This document shows positions 9,908 through 17,849 of a stretch of 64,000 nucleotides of DNA, one piece after another. Numbering within the stretch: position 1 is the stretch's first letter; every line of letters begins with the position of its first letter. Under the pieces are notes generated by a model. It had not been told where the DNA came from, did not search any database, and worked only from the letters and a program-made list of their open reading frames with translations. Origin of the DNA: an uncultured archaeon (lineage in GTDB: Archaea; Thermoplasmatota; Thermoplasmata; Thermoplasmatales; Thermoplasmataceae); NCBI GenBank assembly GCA_000965745.1, contig CP009479.1, positions 380,457 to 444,456 of the forward strand, in the 5' to 3' direction. The position numbers were made by a program, and so were the translations under genes.

Positions 9908-9909
9908 TT
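9889..9909 (+). repeat. attL core: tRNA-Ala 3' end, 21-nt exact direct repeat of 27406..27426
   Basis: tcaaatcccgaccggtccatt is identical at both positions. Confidence 0.85.
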
Positions 9910-9956
9910 TAATTTATTAATCGAATACTTTTTATCTCAGTACTCGTTATGTTCTC

Positions 9957-11246
9957 ATGACCATGCAGCCGAAGTATCAGGAACTGCTTCTTGACGAGGA
10001 CGTGCGCAGATGGTTTGAGAACCTCAAAGCAAAGTCGGTTCTCACGGCAACAGTGGCATTGAGGAATCTTGGCCACTATTGCGAACTTACCCAGACAAAT
10101 CCAAAAGAAATCCTGAAAAAAGCAGCGGCAGATGAGAAGGATTTTAGGTACGAATTCACGGATTTTGTCAGGAAGATGGAGAAAGAGGGCAAGGCAGGAT
10201 CATACATTGCGAGGTTCAAGAAGGTCATTTTATCATGGCTGAAGTTTAATGGTATCGGTTTGCAGTTAACCGTTAACATATCCGGGGAAAACGAGACGCC
10301 GACAATAGTTAACGAAAGGGTGCCTAGCAAGGAAGAACTAGCCAGAATACTCAGGAAAGCCACCTCAAGAGGCAGGGTTGCCGTAGCAATCATGGGATTC
10401 TCTGGTCTCAGGCATGAGTCTCTGGGAGACTATGAAGGCACAGACGGCCTCAGACTTGGAGATATCAAGGACCTGAGGATATCGGATGAAATCCAGTTTG
10501 ACAAGACGCCAGCGATGATTCTGGTCAGGAACAAGTTGAGCAAGGCGAGGCACCAATATTTCTCTTTCATAGGAGAGGAAGGAGCCACTTACATCAAGGA
10601 ATATCTGGAAGAACGGAGAAAGCAGGGAGAGGATTTAACCTACGAATCTCCATTACTGCAATTCGATGTCCGTGGAGTGAAAAAGAATGACTTCCTCCGA
10701 ACCACCCTGGTGACAAGGGATATTAGAGAAGCAATAGAGAATTCTGGCTTGAAGATGCGCCCCTATGTACTAAGAGCATATTTCAGCACGGCTCTTGACA
10801 TTGCAGAGGCAAAGGGCCTCACATCCCATCCATGGAGGCAGTTTATTATGGGCCACAAAGGAGACATCGAGGCGAGATATAGCACAAACAAACGATTACC
10901 TCCGGAAGTTATAGAGGAAATGAGAGAGGCGTACAGAAAGAGCACAAAGTTCCTTGAAACAAGATACAGCGAACTTGAGGAGGACAAAGCCAGAATGTAT
11001 CTGCAACAGCAACTCTTGTCAGCAGTGGGCTACAAACCTGAAGAGATAGACAAGATGGATCTCGCTGACATCAGCAACGATGATTTCCAGAAGCTCCTAA
11101 GGGACAAGGTTGCAGGAGCCATGGCAAGCAACGGCTCGAAGCAGAGGCTCGTTCCCATGAACGAGATTGAGAAACTCCTAAGTGAAGGATATGAGTTCCA
11201 AGCAGTCCTGCCCAACGGAAAGGCTATAATGAAAATGCCGTTTTAG
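9957..11246 (+). CDS. Tyrosine recombinase / integrase
   Basis: 429 aa. The C-terminal domain has candidate catalytic residues in GLRHESL (Arg), HPWRQFIMGH (H-x-x-R...H) and IEARYS (Tyr). Located 50 nt from the tRNA 3' end. Confidence 0.75.
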   Translation: MTMQPKYQELLLDEDVRRWFENLKAKSVLTATVALRNLGHYCELTQTNPKEILKKAAADEKDFRYEFTDFVRKMEKEGKAGSYIARFKKVILSWLKFNGIGLQLTVNISGENETPTIVNERVPSKEELARILRKATSRGRVAVAIMGFSGLRHESLGDYEGTDGLRLGDIKDLRISDEIQFDKTPAMILVRNKLSKARHQYFSFIGEEGATYIKEYLEERRKQGEDLTYESPLLQFDVRGVKKNDFLRTTLVTRDIREAIENSGLKMRPYVLRAYFSTALDIAEAKGLTSHPWRQFIMGHKGDIEARYSTNKRLPPEVIEEMREAYRKSTKFLETRYSELEEDKARMYLQQQLLSAVGYKPEEIDKMDLADISNDDFQKLLRDKVAGAMASNGSKQRLVPMNEIEKLLSEGYEFQAVLPNGKAIMKMPF

Positions 11247-11251
11247 AGACA

Positions 11252-11767
11252 TTGCCATGCGATGAACACCCTGTAGAATTTGCAGTCAACTGTACCCGGT
11301 GCAAACTAATCTTAGACTTCATATGCGAAAGTAAAGACGAGGTCTCCACTAACCAATTATACGCTGCATTCCAGAGCAGGGAACACGGTTTGACAATGTC
11401 CCACCGTACGGTTGATAAGCATGTCAAGGAGTTAACGGATAATGGTTTTCTGCGAAGGTTCGTTGACAGCAAAACCGGTCAGGTAACACTGTTCGTTGAC
11501 GTTTTTAACATCTATATCAGTATGACAAACAGGAAGTCTGAACTACTTGAATCTTTAGCCCAGAAGTCAAAATATTTTCTGTACCAGTACGTTGAATCTA
11601 AGTCGGAATGGACTTACAAACTCGCCTATGACTGCCCCAAATGCGGTCAAAGTAAAATCATACCGAAATATGACAGATTCGTTTCTGAGGAGCACGACGG
11701 CACAATTATCACTTCTGTAAAATGGGAATGTCCATCCTGTGAATATGAAAGGCTGGAATACTGGTAG
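11252..11767 (+). CDS. wHTH-like + C-terminal zinc-ribbon protein (element regulator candidate)
   Basis: HRTVDKHVKELTDNGFLRRF helix-turn-helix-like segment. CPKCG...CPSC near the C-terminus. TTG start in the ORF track. Confidence 0.45.
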   Translation: MPCDEHPVEFAVNCTRCKLILDFICESKDEVSTNQLYAAFQSREHGLTMSHRTVDKHVKELTDNGFLRRFVDSKTGQVTLFVDVFNIYISMTNRKSELLESLAQKSKYFLYQYVESKSEWTYKLAYDCPKCGQSKIIPKYDRFVSEEHDGTIITSVKWECPSCEYERLEYW

Positions 11768-11823
11768 CCTTGTTTTGCAAAGTATCTAAAACGATACAAT
11801 ACCCGGCATTCCATTATTAGTTC

Positions 11824-12012
11824 ATGCAGGAAAGTCAGCAAGGCAAAAGAGTCTCTATTCTGGAACTCAAAAGGAATTTTTTGGGAAAATTTCCTTCTCA
11901 CCAGTTATCAAAGATACTCTCTGCAGAGCCGGATAGCCTTACGGGCGAAGAACTCCTGGCTAAGGCCCAGACATGGCTGGCTTTCTTCAAGGGAGATGAT
12001 GGTACTGAGTAG
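11824..12012 (+). CDS. Hypothetical small protein
   Basis: ORF only. Co-directional with its neighbours. Confidence 0.25.
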   Translation: MQESQQGKRVSILELKRNFLGKFPSHQLSKILSAEPDSLTGEELLAKAQTWLAFFKGDDGTE

Positions 12013-12364
12013 GAAACAGAGAGTTGTTTTAAGCAAGAATGAGCCGGATTATGGCGAAAGCGTACCGCAAGAGATCGTGCATTACGAGATAGCCAATCCG
12101 CAGAAAAAAGGCACAATAGAGAGGCTTCAGGAAACGGTTATCGACAATACGGTTAACCGTTACGAGCTTGAAGACCGAAGGCAGATAGCAGCCATACGAG
12201 AATTCATGGAGCGGAATCCCGACATTAGTTACGTGGAATACGAGTCAAATCCTGTGCTACGGATGGACCTCGTGATAACGAGACGCGGTCTTATTTTCAA
12301 ACGTGAAGAAGCCTCAATATCCGCGACACTCACTCCAAACAGGAGATTCAAGGCCCAGAGGTGA
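11996..12364 (+). CDS. Hypothetical protein
   Basis: ORF of 122 aa. Co-directional and tightly packed with the downstream genes. Confidence 0.35.
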   Translation: MMVLSRKQRVVLSKNEPDYGESVPQEIVHYEIANPQKKGTIERLQETVIDNTVNRYELEDRRQIAAIREFMERNPDISYVEYESNPVLRMDLVITRRGLIFKREEASISATLTPNRRFKAQR

Positions 12365-12367
12365 GTT

Positions 12368-12775
12368 ATGGGGTTTGAAGAGAAGGCAGGCCTTATCTGC
12401 GTCACTTGGAGCATTTTTCTCATACTTTCCATCATCTTCATACCACCCGTCTGGCACGGATTCCTGTGGCTTCTGGCCTCTGGAAACATCTTCTTCAAGG
12501 TCTTGGGCTTAATCGGCATAACAACGGCACTGGTCGGTCTCATGATAATCCTCTACAATACGATATCCTACATCGTCTATGCCCTAATCATTGCGTTCTC
12601 AGTAGGGACGCCAGCTATGGCACTATACCATTTCCTAGGGCTGGAACATTCAATTGTTATAGCACTGATTATAGCGTTAATCGTGATCCTGTACCTGCTG
12701 GAAACGAGAACAGTCAGGGTTGAACACCATACTGTAACTGTGAGTCTGCATAGGCGACTTGTGGTAAAAAAGTAG
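12368..12775 (+). CDS. Small polytopic membrane protein (3-4 TM)
   Basis: Almost entirely hydrophobic 135-aa ORF, ending 7 nt before the ATPase gene. Confidence 0.55.
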   Translation: MGFEEKAGLICVTWSIFLILSIIFIPPVWHGFLWLLASGNIFFKVLGLIGITTALVGLMIILYNTISYIVYALIIAFSVGTPAMALYHFLGLEHSIVIALIIALIVILYLLETRTVRVEHHTVTVSLHRRLVVKK

Positions 12776-12782
12776 CAAGAAA

Positions 12783-14657
12783 ATGGATAAATATTTTGAA
12801 GGGGGAATAAGAAGTATGCGAGAAATGGGCTTTTCTGAACTTATCAATGCACGAAAGGTCCTATCCAGGCCCATAATCGAACTGCCCATAAGAAATGAGG
12901 AGAGGCTATTCTATCATCCTGAAAAAAGGCTCAAAAGGTTCACCGGACGAACTGCAATTGCCTATGCCATAATACCGGATAGCGAAAGAGGCAAGTTCAG
13001 GAGAGAAGAATGCTCTCCCAAAGCCTCTTCCCTCATGGACTACATTCTCCATAAGGGAAACAGGAACGTGTCAATAACAGGAGTATCAGGGCAGGGTAAG
13101 AGCTATCTTACCACGCACCTAATATCGATATTCAGGGACAAGGAGACAATCATATTCTCATTCAAGCCGAATGATCATGAACTGCATCTTGGGATTCCGG
13201 TTGTGGATGCAAAGGAATGCCTACCCAACCCCTTCAGGGATGTAAACGCCTTCTCCGAGTCATACATTACCGCATTCTTCGGTGAGAAGACCTCATCGGG
13301 CATACAGCTTCAGCAAACTCCTGGATTCCTGCAGGAGATCGCCTCTGAAAGCAATACCTGGAAAGACTTCATGAAAAAACTCTTGGAAAGGAAGAGATCC
13401 GCATCCAAGAATCAGGTTGAGGCTCTGAACGCAATTGAGCAGAATGTAAAGAGCCTGATCATTGACAATATGGGAAGCGTGGTCCTGGACAATGGGAGCA
13501 TCGTTTTTGACTTCTCATCCCTCCCAACGAAACAGGCGCAGAATTTCTATGCCGAGCTAATGCTGAGGCAGATATACAGGGAAATGGAAGAGCGCAAGAG
13601 GGACGACGTTCTCATTCTGATAGACGAAGCTCATCGATTGACCAAGTCCTACCATACAATCCTTGATGTCATGTCCAGGGAGATAAGGGACAAGGGAATG
13701 CTCTGGATAATCACACAGAATCTTATCGACATACTGCCAGAAATGAGGGCGAATTTCGGTACAAAGTTCACTTTCAGGTTAGGAGATGCCGACCTTAACA
13801 TGCTTTCATACAACCCACTTATGAGATACGCTGTCGAAATACTGCAACCTAGGCAGTTCATAGACATAGAGTTCCCTGAAGGATCGTCATTCTCGCCGGT
13901 CTTCACCTACGTTTCGAATGGCCTTGAGCACAAGGAGACGCAAAAGGTCGCAGCGGTGGTATCTGAACCAAAGAGGGAAGTGGGAGTCGGAGGGAGAGGG
14001 GAGATTACCGACTACAGGAGGGAGGCCCTAGAAATCCTCAGCGAGAAAATGTCCTATGCAACTGAACCAAAGAGGGAAGTGGGAGTCGGAGGGAGAGGGG
14101 AGATTACCGACTACAGGAGGGAGGCCCTAGAAATCCTCAGCGAGAAAATGTCCTATGCAACCGAAATGGGAAAGATAATAGCCGAGAAATACGGCATCAC
14201 AAAGGACCAAGCCAAACTCAGGCTGAAATCAGCACTTGAGGAACTGAAGAACAACAACGAAGTTGGCAGAGTTAAGTATCTCAGGGATGGAAAGCCAATA
14301 GTTATGTATTATTCCAAGAGCCCAAATCTCTCCAATCTACATACTGGAATGCAGAGCCAGGTAGTCGGAATCCTGAACGATTTGGGAGTGAGCATCAACA
14401 GGATATCCACCACCGGAGAAAGAAGCGCATTTGACATTGAAACCGACTTCTTCATGGTCGAGATTGAGACAGGCCTGAAGCACAGCATGGAAGACCTGAA
14501 GGATAGGATAAAAAGCACTAACCTTCGTGTAATAGTAATAGTGCCTAACAAAGAGCTGGTAGACAAATACAAGGATCTAGGAGAGAATGTGTCAGTGCTA
14601 ACAATAGACTCTCTGGCCACTGAGATTGCTGAGCCACTGCATTCAGATAACTCCTAG
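12783..14657 (+). CDS. HerA/FtsK-superfamily P-loop ATPase with C-terminal wHTH-like and nuclease-like regions
   Basis: Walker A GVSGQGKSYLT, Walker B VLILIDEAHRL, IITQNLIDILPE..FTFRLGD (HerA/DUF87-like). C-terminus contains AFDIETDFFMVEIETGLK. Confidence 0.7.
   Translation: MDKYFEGGIRSMREMGFSELINARKVLSRPIIELPIRNEERLFYHPEKRLKRFTGRTAIAYAIIPDSERGKFRREECSPKASSLMDYILHKGNRNVSITGVSGQGKSYLTTHLISIFRDKETIIFSFKPNDHELHLGIPVVDAKECLPNPFRDVNAFSESYITAFFGEKTSSGIQLQQTPGFLQEIASESNTWKDFMKKLLERKRSASKNQVEALNAIEQNVKSLIIDNMGSVVLDNGSIVFDFSSLPTKQAQNFYAELMLRQIYREMEERKRDDVLILIDEAHRLTKSYHTILDVMSREIRDKGMLWIITQNLIDILPEMRANFGTKFTFRLGDADLNMLSYNPLMRYAVEILQPRQFIDIEFPEGSSFSPVFTYVSNGLEHKETQKVAAVVSEPKREVGVGGRGEITDYRREALEILSEKMSYATEPKREVGVGGRGEITDYRREALEILSEKMSYATEMGKIIAEKYGITKDQAKLRLKSALEELKNNNEVGRVKYLRDGKPIVMYYSKSPNLSNLHTGMQSQVVGILNDLGVSINRISTTGERSAFDIETDFFMVEIETGLKHSMEDLKDRIKSTNLRVIVIVPNKELVDKYKDLGENVSVLTIDSLATEIAEPLHSDNS
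13963..14160 (+). repeat. Perfect 99-bp x2 in-frame tandem duplication inside the ATPase gene
   Basis: 13963..14061 and 14062..14160 are identical base for base. They encode EPKREVGVGGRGEITDYRREALEILSEKMSYAT twice. Confidence 0.95.
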
Positions 14658-14780
14658 AATCGTTAGGGCTCCTATTGCGACTATGATGCAAAGAGCAATA
14701 ATGCCTATCCCCACTACAACTTTTCCAGTGTTTGACATAGTATTATCGGCATGTGAAAAAAGTTAAGCTTATCCTCAATT

Positions 14781-14816
14781 AAGTTAACCGCTAACCGTTA
14801 TTCCGAGCGGGTTAAC
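14781..14816. repeat. GTTAAC-containing repeats upstream of parA (centromere/operator candidate)
   Basis: aaGTTAACCGCTAACCGTTAttccgagcggGTTAACc. A related GTTAACTGCTAACG motif recurs downstream of the operon. Confidence 0.4.
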
Positions 14817-14849
14817 CATAAACTTATAATTCTTTGCAAACAAGCTTGA

Positions 14850-15608
14850 ATGATGATCATCTCTATCGCCAACCAGAAAGGAGGTTGCGGAAAGACAACT
14901 ACTGCAGCAAATCTTGGAGCATTGCTAGCGAAGAAACACAGGGTGCTCCTGGTTGACATCGACCCACAGGGAAATCTTACCACTCATTTTGGAATCAACA
15001 AGGCGGAACAGAAGCACACCATATACGATGTGATGCTCGATGGCAGGATTGAGGAAGCAATTATCCGAAAGGATGGAGTCGACATCGTGCCGAGCACCAT
15101 TGACCTGGCCGGGGCCGAGGTGGAGCTAACCGGAAAGATAGGGAGAGAGTATATTCTGGATAACGAACTCAAAAGAATCGCCAGGAAATACGACTATGTA
15201 ATCATAGACACCCCGCCCAGTCTGGGAATATTCACCATCAACTCGCTTGTTGCATCTGACTATGTGCTCATACCCGTGCAGGCTGAATTCTTCGCTTTGG
15301 AAGGTTTGACGCAACTCATGAGAGTCGTAGAACTCGTGAATTCAAGGCTCTCAAGAAACCTGAAACTGCTTGGAATGGTAGTAACTATGTTCAATTCCAG
15401 GACAAGGTCATCCAAAGAGGTCCTTGAGGAGGTCAGGAAACACTATACAAAGAACCTGCTTAAGACAGTTATACCTAGGAATGTGACAATAACCGATTCC
15501 ACCATGGCTGGCTCTCCTGTAGTGAGATATAGGAAATCTGCTCCTGCATCAAAGTCATATATGGCGCTTGCAAATGAAATTCAGAAAAAGCTAAAGGTGT
15601 CAAAGTGA
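14850..15608 (+). CDS. parA: ParA/Soj-type partition ATPase (small, no N-terminal HTH)
   Basis: Deviant Walker A NQKGGCGKTT, VIIDTPPSLG. 252 aa. Confidence 0.9.
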   Translation: MMIISIANQKGGCGKTTTAANLGALLAKKHRVLLVDIDPQGNLTTHFGINKAEQKHTIYDVMLDGRIEEAIIRKDGVDIVPSTIDLAGAEVELTGKIGREYILDNELKRIARKYDYVIIDTPPSLGIFTINSLVASDYVLIPVQAEFFALEGLTQLMRVVELVNSRLSRNLKLLGMVVTMFNSRTRSSKEVLEEVRKHYTKNLLKTVIPRNVTITDSTMAGSPVVRYRKSAPASKSYMALANEIQKKLKVSK

Positions 15609-15940
15609 AAGACCCTATAATGAGACTTAGACAAATTCAAGGGGAGGTCTATAAACTCCATTTAGATATGGTAAAGGCAGGTGGCGGATATGATAAACTT
15701 GCCGATTACATAATCAAACAGTCACAGGGAAAGAACTCTGAACAAGACCCTACTTTACATCTTGCTGCCGTTACACATAGCATTTTAGGGCTCATAGCAG
15801 ACTATAGCAAGTTTCTGAAAGCATACGACGAAGAGCATAGGAACCCAAACGACCCGAAATTTGTAGGAAGCGTGGGAAATTTAGTATTTTTCGCGAAGAA
15901 AGGTTGGCCTCCAAAATTCAAGGTAAGAAAGGTGAAATAA
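15605..15940 (+). CDS. Hypothetical protein between parA and the parB-like gene
   Basis: 111-aa ORF. Its start overlaps the parA stop (GTGA) and its stop overlaps the next start (TAATG), which suggests translational coupling. Confidence 0.45.
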   Translation: MKDPIMRLRQIQGEVYKLHLDMVKAGGGYDKLADYIIKQSQGKNSEQDPTLHLAAVTHSILGLIADYSKFLKAYDEEHRNPNDPKFVGSVGNLVFFAKKGWPPKFKVRKVK

Positions 15941-16212
15941 TGGCAGATATGAAGAAAAGAGGTTTAGACAGTCTAATATCACAGAACTCACACTCTGATT
16001 CCGAGGCAAATAGTCCAGAGGAGAGATTCACAAAGACGGTAGGCTTCAAAGTAACCGAGAAGCAGTACGAAACTTACAAAAGATACTCAAAGTACTTTGG
16101 TTCCAACGACCTCATAAAGAAATGGCGTTCAGACCTTGACAGAATAGAACAGGAGAAAGGCAAGGACATGGAAAGCGTGGAAACTGAGATCAGAAAACGG
16201 TTAACGAAGTGA
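15940..16212 (+). CDS. Small ParB-like/RHH-like centromere-binding protein candidate
   Basis: The N-terminus MADMKKRGLDSLIS resembles the ParB N-terminal KRGLG(R/K)GLDALI peptide. It is followed by a short beta-strand/helix segment (TVGFKVTEKQYETYKRY). Position matches a type Ib par locus. Confidence 0.45.
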   Translation: MADMKKRGLDSLISQNSHSDSEANSPEERFTKTVGFKVTEKQYETYKRYSKYFGSNDLIKKWRSDLDRIEQEKGKDMESVETEIRKRLTK

Positions 16213-16256
16213 TGGTTAACTGCTAACGTAAAGTTCTAAAACCTTAGACGGTTAAC
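16200..16256. repeat. GTTAAC repeats at and after the 3' end of the par operon
   Basis: GTTAAC at 16200, 16215 and 16251. GGTTAACTGCTAACG mirrors the upstream GTTAACCGCTAACCG. Confidence 0.4.
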
Positions 16257-16297
16257 AAGGTAAGGCATTTTATGCCTCAGGCAATAGAGGGAGCAGA

Positions 16298-16723
16298 ATG
16301 GCATTCTCAAGTGGATTTACACGGTGGATTCCGTTAATAATAGTGGCGGTTGTTGACTTCTTGATCTTCATCTCAGTTTTCTATTTTGTACCCAGTACAT
16401 CTCCATATTACACACCGCTTTACTACCTCGTTGACTTTTTGTCTTTCTTCGCTGTAATTATTGCTTGGCAATCCATCAGATCTGCTAGAAGAGTAGTTTA
16501 CAAGACTAATCGCAGATTTATTTACAGCACAATAGAGGATGATTCCGACACAGACGAATACAAGCAGAAACTAAAGGAAGCTTCCGACCTCTACCTTCAG
16601 GGGGGAATAAACTCCGATGAGGAGTTCTTCACAGTATTAGGCGAGCATACACCAAAGGAAGAGCGTATTTTCCGCGCCCTAAAGGGGGCAAGACAAGAAT
16701 TTGGAAAAATGGGCAGGAGATAA
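16298..16723 (+). CDS. Membrane protein (2 TM) with cytoplasmic tail
   Basis: Two N-terminal hydrophobic helices followed by a charged C-terminal half. Confidence 0.45.
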   Translation: MAFSSGFTRWIPLIIVAVVDFLIFISVFYFVPSTSPYYTPLYYLVDFLSFFAVIIAWQSIRSARRVVYKTNRRFIYSTIEDDSDTDEYKQKLKEASDLYLQGGINSDEEFFTVLGEHTPKEERIFRALKGARQEFGKMGRR

Positions 16724-16725
16724 TT

Positions 16726-16896
16726 ATGAAAGAGCACCAAGCAAGGACGCACCAGTGCGAGATCTGTAAACTCCATTATAACAGTAAGGGCGATGCTGAA
16801 AAGTGCCAGGAATGGTGCAGTCAGCACAACTCGTGCAACCTTGAGATAACATCAACGTCCATTGAGGCTGTGAAAAGCAGGCATGTGCCATCCTGA
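16726..16896 (+). CDS. Small Cys-rich (metal-binding?) protein, 56 aa, absent from the ORF track
   Basis: Hand translation: MKEHQARTHQCEICKLHYNSKGDAEKCQEWCSQHNSCNLEITSTSIEAVKSRHVPS. Contains CxxC...CxxxC...C. The ATG lies 3 nt after the upstream stop. Confidence 0.4.
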   Translation: MKEHQARTHQCEICKLHYNSKGDAEKCQEWCSQHNSCNLEITSTSIEAVKSRHVPS

Positions 16897-16904
16897 TTCT
16901 GCTG

Positions 16905-16940
16905 TCACTAAACTTGTAATTTTAGTAACGCCACTAAACA
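16905..16940. promoter_or_regulatory. Candidate res/operator site upstream of the serine recombinase
   Basis: Imperfect palindrome TCACTAAActtgtaatTTTAGTAA plus a third half-site cCACTAAAca. Confidence 0.3.
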
Positions 16941-16983
16941 CTGGATTTTAATAACATATGTGTCCCTAAATTCTATGACTTAA

Positions 16984-17589
16984 ATGACGCTCGTTTTCGC
17001 CTACGTTCGAGCCAGCACCCAAGAGGAGGTCAGGCAAGGCTCAAATGAGAGGCAGAAGGACGTAATCAGGGAGTACGTGAAATCCAAGGCCTACGAACTG
17101 GAATTCTTTGAAGACAGGGCCAAATCTGGGAAGAACACCCAGAGGCCGGACTTCGAGAGGATGCTGAAATCCCTTGATAATAAGCCCAAGGTGGTCATTG
17201 TGGCAAAGATAGACAGGTTTGCCCGCTCCTTATCGGATCTGCTGAGAATGCTTGAATATCTGGACCAGAAGGGCATAGGATTCATCAGCGTCAACGACCC
17301 AGGCATTGATACCACCACACCCAATGGAAGGCTCCTGCTGCAAATTCTGGGCGCATTCGCTGAATTTGAGAGGAACATGATAAATTCCAGGACCAAAGCA
17401 GGAAGGGAACAGGCGATGAATCGAGGAGTTAAATTCGGCAGACCAGCACTGAAAACAAGGAATGGCAGCTTCCTGGACAGGAGGAGAGTCATTGAATTGA
17501 AGGAGAAAGGCCTGTCTGCCAGAGCCATAGCAAAGTCCATGGAATGCTCCGTTACACCAATACTGAGAATCCTAAAGGAGGTCTACTAA
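16984..17589 (+). CDS. Serine recombinase (resolvase/invertase family)
   Basis: N-terminal FAYVRASTQEE (catalytic Ser context), DRFARS, and a C-terminal HTH (KGLSARAIAKSMECS). Confidence 0.85.
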   Translation: MTLVFAYVRASTQEEVRQGSNERQKDVIREYVKSKAYELEFFEDRAKSGKNTQRPDFERMLKSLDNKPKVVIVAKIDRFARSLSDLLRMLEYLDQKGIGFISVNDPGIDTTTPNGRLLLQILGAFAEFERNMINSRTKAGREQAMNRGVKFGRPALKTRNGSFLDRRRVIELKEKGLSARAIAKSMECSVTPILRILKEVY

Positions 17590-17849
17590 TTCTCAGTGAA
17601 AGAGAGAGAGTCGCCGAACGCGTGAGCGCTCTTATTATATAATATATACCTGATACAATGAACATTACATATTAAAAAAATGGAATTTTCCTTAATTTTT
17701 AAAGCTTGAAACGAACAAAGAACAATCCACTTGTTTTCTGACACTCTCTCTCCAAAATCAATAACGACTGTTCTGCGACACTCAATGATTCGACTCGTTC
17801 GTTACTTTTAATAATCTTACCAGTGAAGCATGATTGTGCAGGTGATCCA
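17590..17849. other. Candidate element replication origin
   Basis: AT-rich core (17632-17700) flanked by inverted copies of a GTTC(T)GCGAC(A)CTCTC-like motif (17602-17619 inverted; 17736-17752 and 17770-17783 direct). Lies immediately 5' of orc1/cdc6. Confidence 0.5.

Noticed and set aside
14783-16256. GTTAAC as the recognition site of the element's Type III R-M system
   Set aside because: Type III enzymes recognise short asymmetric sites, whereas GTTAAC is palindromic. Its clustering around the par operon fits centromere or operator repeats better.
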